A model generated the notes under the pieces. The model was not told where the DNA came from. It saw nothing but the letters and a program-made list of their open reading frames with translations, and did not search any database. A program made the translations under genes and the position numbers. Shown here in pieces: positions 24,321 through 28,980 of a stretch of DNA of 28,980 nt (within the stretch, counting starts at the first letter, position 1; each line of letters begins with the position of its first letter). Source of the stretch: a virus (Duplodnaviria > Caudoviricetes); the IMG/VR virus record IMGVR_UViG_3300048897_000057, positions 1-28,980 of that record. One strand, 5' to 3'.

Positions 24321-25174
24321 GGCGTGCTTGGGAATTGGCGGACGCGGAGCGCCACGGGCCATTCGGACATGTCGCCGCCCTTGTCGCTCACGAGGCGCAA
24401 CTTTTGGCCTGTCAGCGCGACGAGAGGCGAACGACCGAGCTGTTTCACGAAGCACCGGATCGGTGAGCGCTTGCACTGCCCGACGACGCTGGTGGCCCAC
24501 TCGAGCGCGAAGGGCCGCGCGCCGTTGCCCGATTCACCGCCGACGATCACCCAGTGAGGAAACCAGCCCGAGCAGCCGCCCTGGTCAGGCGCGTGATGCG
24601 CGGCGACGTTGTGGCCGCATCCGTGGCACATCAACTCGAGCGGGCCCAGCGCGGGCTCGTAGCTGACGAACGTAACCCCCACGCCGAACTCGTGAGCGGC
24701 TTCAGCAAGCAGCGGCCAACGTTCGGCGTAGTGCTCCTGGTCTTCCGCGGTCGTGCCGAGCCACAGGTTAGCTGGTGCGGCTGCGCGCCAACGCTCGGGC
24801 AGCATGCCGACGATGTTGTGCGGTCGCTTGGTGAGCAGTTGCCAGTCGAGCCAAGGGGTCGACTCAATCATCGCCCAGAGGCGATCGCGCCAAACCATCA
24901 AGTCGGCTCGTCCTTCGAACACGTCGGCCATCGACGCGCAGAACACGCGCTTTCGGACGCCAGCTTTCTCCGCTGCCGCGTTCCAGCTGATGGGCTCGCG
25001 CCAGTGCTTCTCGCCGAAGAAGCGGCGCGGAGCTTCCACGCCCCACACCTTGTTGCCGGTGCGCTTGGCGAAACTCTCGGCGTAGCAGTGGACGCAGCCG
25101 GGCGACACGCGCACGCATCCCCACCAAGGGTTGAACGAGTGATCGGTCCAGGCGATTTCAGTTTGTTTGCCCAT
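24317..25174 (-). CDS. DUF5131 (phage Gp37/Gp68) radical-SAM-like protein
   Basis: TEIAWTDHSFNPWWGC..VSPGC.HCYAE, VFCASMADVF, LLTKRP, SYEPALGP, WVIVGGESG..ARP, FVKQLG. Confidence 0.92.
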   Translation of the reverse strand: MGKQTEIAWTDHSFNPWWGCVRVSPGCVHCYAESFAKRTGNKVWGVEAPRRFFGEKHWREPISWNAAAEKAGVRKRVFCASMADVFEGRADLMVWRDRLWAMIESTPWLDWQLLTKRPHNIVGMLPERWRAAAPANLWLGTTAEDQEHYAERWPLLAEAAHEFGVGVTFVSYEPALGPLELMCHGCGHNVAAHHAPDQGGCSGWFPHWVIVGGESGNGARPFALEWATSVVGQCKRSPIRCFVKQLGRSPLVALTGQKLRLVSDKGGDMSEWPVALRVRQFPSTP

Positions 25175-25362
25175 CACTTCTTTCCCATTCCGCGCACCGC
25201 CTCAAGCCGCGCCTCGAGAATGCGCACAACGATCCCCCGCTCGATTCGCAGCGACGTGGCACCGCGGCAGATCGCGCACTCGACAAGCTTGGGCGAGTCG
25301 GCGTGGAAGGTGGCCACTGTGTTGGCGTGAGCGCAGTTGCCGCAGATTGGGGCGGTCGTCAT
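25174..25362 (-). CDS. Small zinc-ribbon protein (62 aa)
   Basis: CGNC...CAIC; GGAGG RBS; coupled on both sides. Confidence 0.65.
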   Translation of the reverse strand: MTTAPICGNCAHANTVATFHADSPKLVECAICRGATSLRIERGIVVRILEARLEAVRGMGKK

Positions 25363-26882
25363 GCTGCCTCCTGCGCACGCTCGCCCAGATTCGCCCGGAC
25401 GAGCACCTCGGCGACCTCGGGGCACACCGAATTGCCGATCAGCTTCACCTTGCCCGCCTTCGTGGGCGCCGCGCTCAGATCGTAGCTGTCCGCGAATCGG
25501 CCAAACTGCGCGCGCAGCAACTCGTGCGGCTCGAGCATGCGCAGGCCGATGTCGGACAGCTGCCACTCGCAGCCGAGCACGGTGACGAGCCCGAGCTGAT
25601 GCTTTGCGGTGATCGTGCGAAGCGGCTCAGTGAGCTGCTGGCCGTGTGCGCCGTCAGAGCCGTAGTAGGCCGTAAGGAACGCCCGCACCTCGGCAATGTG
25701 GCCCCCGCCCCGACCGCCACCCGACGTGACGGTGGGCAGCGGGTCGTCGACCGAAGCGCAGCCCGGGTGCCCGTCGCTGGTCCCGCTGAATTTAGCCAGC
25801 GTCACCGCCGCGATCGAATGGTGGTCCCGAGCCGTTACTGTGCCCATTGGTTCGCGCAGATCGGACCCGTGCACCACGCCGCCGCCGCTCTCGCGCAGCG
25901 GGTCGCCGTAGTGCTTGACGAGCCAAGCGCTCACCAGGGCGTGCTTCTGGCCGTCGACCATCGTGCCGAGCGGCTTGTGTAGGCCAGGCACGCGCGGCGC
26001 TTGCCCAGGGCGCTCGCCGTAACCAGTTTGAACCAGCGTTGGAGCGACGAGCCCGAACCTGTTGGACGTGTCCAGTGTGGTGATCGGCTCGTCCAACGGC
26101 TGACCGCGCCATCCGTTTGCGGCCGTGTTGTATCGGATCAAGAACGGCGACGCGCACTCGAAGACGTGTTTCCGGATCCCCTGCGCGATGCGCCAGTGCG
26201 TCTTTTCCGCCAGCGGTCTCGCGCGCTCGAATATCGACGGGCACGGCAGCGACCAATCAATGCACGCGGCCGCGGTGCGGAGCGGGCCCTTGCCGGCTCC
26301 GTGCGTCGGCGCGGGCCACGCGATCGGACGTCCATCGCAGCGCGCGACCAGAAACAGCCGGCGCCGGCGCGTGATCGTGCCGTACTGCGAAGAGTCGAGC
26401 ACGCGCCACTCGAGGTCGTAGCCGAGCGACTGGATCGCGTTCACCCATCTTCTGAAGTCCTCGCCCTTGCGGGACTTGTCGGGGCGACCGTCCGCGCCCA
26501 GCGGCCCCCAGCCCTGGAATTCTTGGACGTTCTCGAGGAATATCATCCGCGGTCGTACGTCGCGCGCCCAGTCGATCACCACGTCGGCGAGCGACCGAAT
26601 GTCTTGCCGGCGCGGAACGTTGCCCTTTGCGATCGAGAAATGCGTGCAGTCGGGGCTTGCCCAGAGCAGCTCGACCGGCGCGCCGCGTGTTGCATCGCGC
26701 GGTTTCACTTCCCAGATGTCGGCCGTCAGGTGCCGAGTGTGCGGATGATTGGCGGCGTGGACAGCGAGCGCCGACGCGCTGTGGTTGATTGCGATGTCGA
26801 CGCTGCGGCCGATGGCGGCTTCGATGCCGGCGCTCGCTCCGCCGCCCCCAGCAAAAAGGTCGATGACGAGGCCTCCGCTCAC
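25359..26882 (-). CDS. DNA (cytosine-5) methyltransferase, phage type
   Basis: Motif I DLFAGGGG, motif IV SPDCTHFS, motif VI ENV, motif VIII RRRLFLVAR, motif X IGNSVCP; GTG start at 26882 after GGGAGG. Confidence 0.93.
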   Translation of the reverse strand: MSGGLVIDLFAGGGGASAGIEAAIGRSVDIAINHSASALAVHAANHPHTRHLTADIWEVKPRDATRGAPVELLWASPDCTHFSIAKGNVPRRQDIRSLADVVIDWARDVRPRMIFLENVQEFQGWGPLGADGRPDKSRKGEDFRRWVNAIQSLGYDLEWRVLDSSQYGTITRRRRLFLVARCDGRPIAWPAPTHGAGKGPLRTAAACIDWSLPCPSIFERARPLAEKTHWRIAQGIRKHVFECASPFLIRYNTAANGWRGQPLDEPITTLDTSNRFGLVAPTLVQTGYGERPGQAPRVPGLHKPLGTMVDGQKHALVSAWLVKHYGDPLRESGGGVVHGSDLREPMGTVTARDHHSIAAVTLAKFSGTSDGHPGCASVDDPLPTVTSGGGRGGGHIAEVRAFLTAYYGSDGAHGQQLTEPLRTITAKHQLGLVTVLGCEWQLSDIGLRMLEPHELLRAQFGRFADSYDLSAAPTKAGKVKLIGNSVCPEVAEVLVRANLGERAQEAA

Positions 26883-27388
26883 GCCGCCCTCCCGCCAACA
26901 ATCGATCCCGCCAGCTTGGCCGCGACGCGCCAATCCCAATAGCCGGACCCGGCGACGCTGAACCCAGCACAGAGCACGGCCAAATCCTTCGGGTACAAAC
27001 CATCGGCGCCCACGAATTCCATGCGAGGAATCCCGTCCGCCTGGCACTTGCCGAGGATGTGATCAGCCCACCACGCGGAACCCATCGACGCGGGCACGAG
27101 CATGATTGTCCAGCGCGGTATGTGGCGCACGCTCTCGAGCTTCGCGGCCCATGGTCGAATATCGGCAAACGGCGGATTCAGGAACGCGACCCGAACTCCG
27201 GTCAATGTCCAATCGGCACGCAGCGAGTCAACGTCCGGCGCGTACCAGCGATCAGCCACGGCGTTGTCCGATGTCGCGGCCAGGTCGAAGTCGATCGGGC
27301 CGAAGCGATGTGCGACGGCGGCGAGGAACGGTTTCGGCGTGCCGTAGTCTTGTTTGCTGCGCCCGGGCTTTTGCTGAGGCTCACTCAC
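26879..27388 (-). CDS. DNA N6-adenine methyltransferase, phage Dam-like (T1/HP1 type)
   Basis: DYGTP, FDLAAT..NA, DSLRADW, FLNPPF, MLVPAS...WW. Confidence 0.88.
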   Translation of the reverse strand: MSEPQQKPGRSKQDYGTPKPFLAAVAHRFGPIDFDLAATSDNAVADRWYAPDVDSLRADWTLTGVRVAFLNPPFADIRPWAAKLESVRHIPRWTIMLVPASMGSAWWADHILGKCQADGIPRMEFVGADGLYPKDLAVLCAGFSVAGSGYWDWRVAAKLAGSIVGGRAA

Positions 27389-27750
27389 GACTCGAACTCC
27401 GGCTCTTCGCCAATAGAACGAAACACCACAGGGATGCCGCGCTCTCCGTGCTGCGCAAGCGCCACGCTCATCCCTGCCGTGATGCCGTGATCCTGATAGA
27501 CCGCGACCCTTTGGGCAACCATGGACCACACAAGCCCCATCTTCATCCCGAGCGCACGCTGCTCCGCGTTCGTGTCGTCGAGCAGGCCTGGGTAGAACCG
27601 ATGCGATGCGTATGGTGCTTCGTCGCCCATTGCGATCGAGTGGGCCAGCGCGCGGTTCAAATAGCGGATGTTGCGCGCGTACTGTGCGGGTGTGCATTTC
27701 GAGCCGTCGACGTTGCGGCCAAACGGACTTTCGATGACGACGCGGATCAC
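27385..27750 (-). CDS. Nucleoside-deoxyribosyltransferase-like (DUF4406/DUF7768-type) phage protein
   Basis: VVIESPF, EAPYASHRFYPGLLDD....QR.LG, VAVY.D.GIT.GM motifs. Confidence 0.7.
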   Translation of the reverse strand: MIRVVIESPFGRNVDGSKCTPAQYARNIRYLNRALAHSIAMGDEAPYASHRFYPGLLDDTNAEQRALGMKMGLVWSMVAQRVAVYQDHGITAGMSVALAQHGERGIPVVFRSIGEEPEFES

Positions 27751-28022
27751 GACGGCGCCCCAACTTCCTCAACCTCAGTGACGAGCGTTCGATACGCCCC
27801 CTCCCCGTCGTCCCATCTCGCATCGTAATCGGCAAACCACTGCGTGCCCATGCCGTCGTTCTCGACGTTCTCCGGGTCGATGCAACCCGGTTCCTGTGCC
27901 GCGCAGCGAACCACGTCGCCGACCTTGAGCGACGGGTCGGGATCGTGCGGATCGATCTCGATGATGCGATAGTAGCGACCAGTGATCAGATCTTGGCCGT
28001 GGGGTATTTGTTGCTTGCTCAC
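27747..28022 (-). CDS. Hypothetical acidic protein
   Basis: GTGA coupled on both sides; LITGRYYRI...LKVGDVVRC. Confidence 0.65.
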   Translation of the reverse strand: MSKQQIPHGQDLITGRYYRIIEIDPHDPDPSLKVGDVVRCAAQEPGCIDPENVENDGMGTQWFADYDARWDDGEGAYRTLVTEVEEVGAPS

Positions 28023-28342
28023 GCTGACCGCCTTTCATCCCGCGAGAACCCCAACGAATTCCAAGCCCGCGCCCGGGCTGTCAACCGCTTCCGCGTGCTC
28101 CCATTCGACACGCCCTCGACCGTGAGCCACAGGCCGCCGACGAGCTCGTTTAGGGCGAGGTCGTGGACGCCGAGGAAGGCGCGGACGTCACAGGCGAGCG
28201 GGCTGAGGCCATACGCCCTTTCATGGGCCATCACGCAGACGATTACCGCCAGCGCGGGCGGACTCAGTCCCACTGCGTCGAGATGCGCGCTGTGGCGTGC
28301 GCGGTAGCCTACCGGACGGGCGTTGGCAGGCGTGCCGCTCAT
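28019..28342 (-). CDS. Hypothetical protein, possible winged helix (LexA-N-like)
   Basis: ATGA coupled; LSPPALAVI....HERAYGLSP...DVRAFLG resembles LexA-type N-terminal helices. Confidence 0.55.
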   Translation of the reverse strand: MSGTPANARPVGYRARHSAHLDAVGLSPPALAVIVCVMAHERAYGLSPLACDVRAFLGVHDLALNELVGGLWLTVEGVSNGSTRKRLTARARAWNSLGFSRDERRSA

Positions 28343-28980
28343 TCCGCAGCCACCTTTTCCGGCTCCACAGGCTTCCCGTCGATATCGACCTCCCAGCACT
28401 TCGTCGTCGCCGGTGCGCGTACCTTCTCCGGATATGACCCGTCCCAGTGCACCAAGATCGTGTCGATCGGCACCAGGCACGCGACGAACTTTTCCGCGCC
28501 CCCGTTGAATTGCAGCGTATGTCGCGGGCTCGGTGAGAAGTGCAGGCCGCCACCGCATTCACGCTTCGGATCAGGATCCCAGTCGGGTGCGCACTGCGTT
28601 TCGCCGGGCTGATAAAGGAAGTCTTTTTGCTGCGCGCGGAACTCGGAATTCAGCCCTTTGAACAGCACCGCGCAGTCGCCCTGAATCTCGATGCCGTAGT
28701 ACTCGCACCAGTCCTTGCCAGTGCTGACGTTCACGCGATTGACGAAGCCGCCGCCGTCGACTTCGACCAGGAGCCCCATTGCAAGCACGGCGACCATCGC
28801 GGACGCTTTGATTTTCACTTTGCCGCGCGCGGAGATCTGGCAGTGACCAGTGGCCTCGACCGTGGCCTGAGAGCTACCCCACGTCTCGACCGTGGCCTGA
28901 GAGCTATCCCGCGTCTTGACCGTGGCCTGAGAGCTATCCCGCGTCTCCAGGAACGGGCGAGTGTCTACGCCGCGGAAAAT
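28339..28980 (-). CDS. Repeat-containing phage protein with C-terminal DUF7666-like domain (5' partial)
   Basis: Open from the window edge: ...ETRDSSQATV KTRDSSQATV ETWGSSQATV EATGH...; C-terminal LFKGL...F.Y.PG....PDWDP...ECGGGLHF...KVRA. Confidence 0.75.
   Translation of the reverse strand: MFRGVDTRPFLETRDSSQATVKTRDSSQATVETWGSSQATVEATGHCQISARGKVKIKASAMVAVLAMGLLVEVDGGGFVNRVNVSTGKDWCEYYGIEIQGDCAVLFKGLNSEFRAQQKDFLYQPGETQCAPDWDPDPKRECGGGLHFSPSPRHTLQFNGGAEKFVACLVPIDTILVHWDGSYPEKVRAPATTKCWEVDIDGKPVEPEKVAAE
28855..28947. repeat. About 3 tandem 30-bp coding repeats
   Basis: CGTGGCCTGAGAGCTA(C/T)CCC(A/G)CGTCT units starting at 28861, 28891 and 28921. Confidence 0.95.

Larger units (their letters stand above)
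1..28980. mobile_element. Part of a myovirus-type phage or prophage (Mu-like baseplate module, lysis module, early/DNA-modification arm)
   Basis: Contiguous baseplate, fibre, endolysin and phage methyltransferase genes; pervasive ATGA/TGATG/GTGA gene overlaps; no host housekeeping genes. Integrated versus free state cannot be told from this window. Confidence 0.95.

Noticed and set aside
25167-27828. Long alternative ORFs 25167..25982(+), 26001..26942(+), 26257..27168(-), 27106..27828(+)
   Set aside because: Arg/Ala-rich shadow frames of the methyltransferase genes.
28855-28947. Possible CRISPR array
   Set aside because: Units are contiguous with no spacers, are a multiple of 3 and lie in frame within a CDS.
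1-28980. Genome-wide amber (TAG) recoding
   Set aside because: Other TAG codons (1349-1351, 12705-12707, 16471-16473) act as normal gene ends, and long genes are not fragmented.

Overview
GC-rich segment of a tailed (pro)phage with a contractile, Mu-like baseplate. The host is probably a myxobacterium (Gly-rich/Cys-rich lipoprotein and S/T-x-P-P low-complexity motifs; inference). The left arm (+ strand, 1-16473) holds late genes: end of a Mu N/gp43-like gene, gp44-gp47 baseplate genes, an Asp-box tail fibre, a reverse-oriented three-gene membrane/lipoprotein moron, a gp48-like gene and an Ig-repeat/SGNH-esterase tailspike. It then continues into a long lysis/accessory operon with holin-like proteins, a GH73 muramidase and, unusually, two tandem stand-alone response-regulator receiver domains with no kinase in the window. 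The right arm (- strand, 16522-28980) holds early genes: small HTH regulators, a DUF551 protein, a translationally coupled queC + TGT/DpdA-like pair (likely 7-deazaguanine DNA modification), an ORF split by one in-frame amber codon, a HerA-like ATPase with duplicated winged helices, ASCH, DUF5131 radical-SAM-like, C5 and N6A DNA methyltransferases, and a partial repeat protein. The arms converge on a hairpin terminator at about 16511-16549. No integrase, tRNA, rRNA, reverse transcriptase or CRISPR array was seen. All family calls come from motif recognition by eye, not from database searches.
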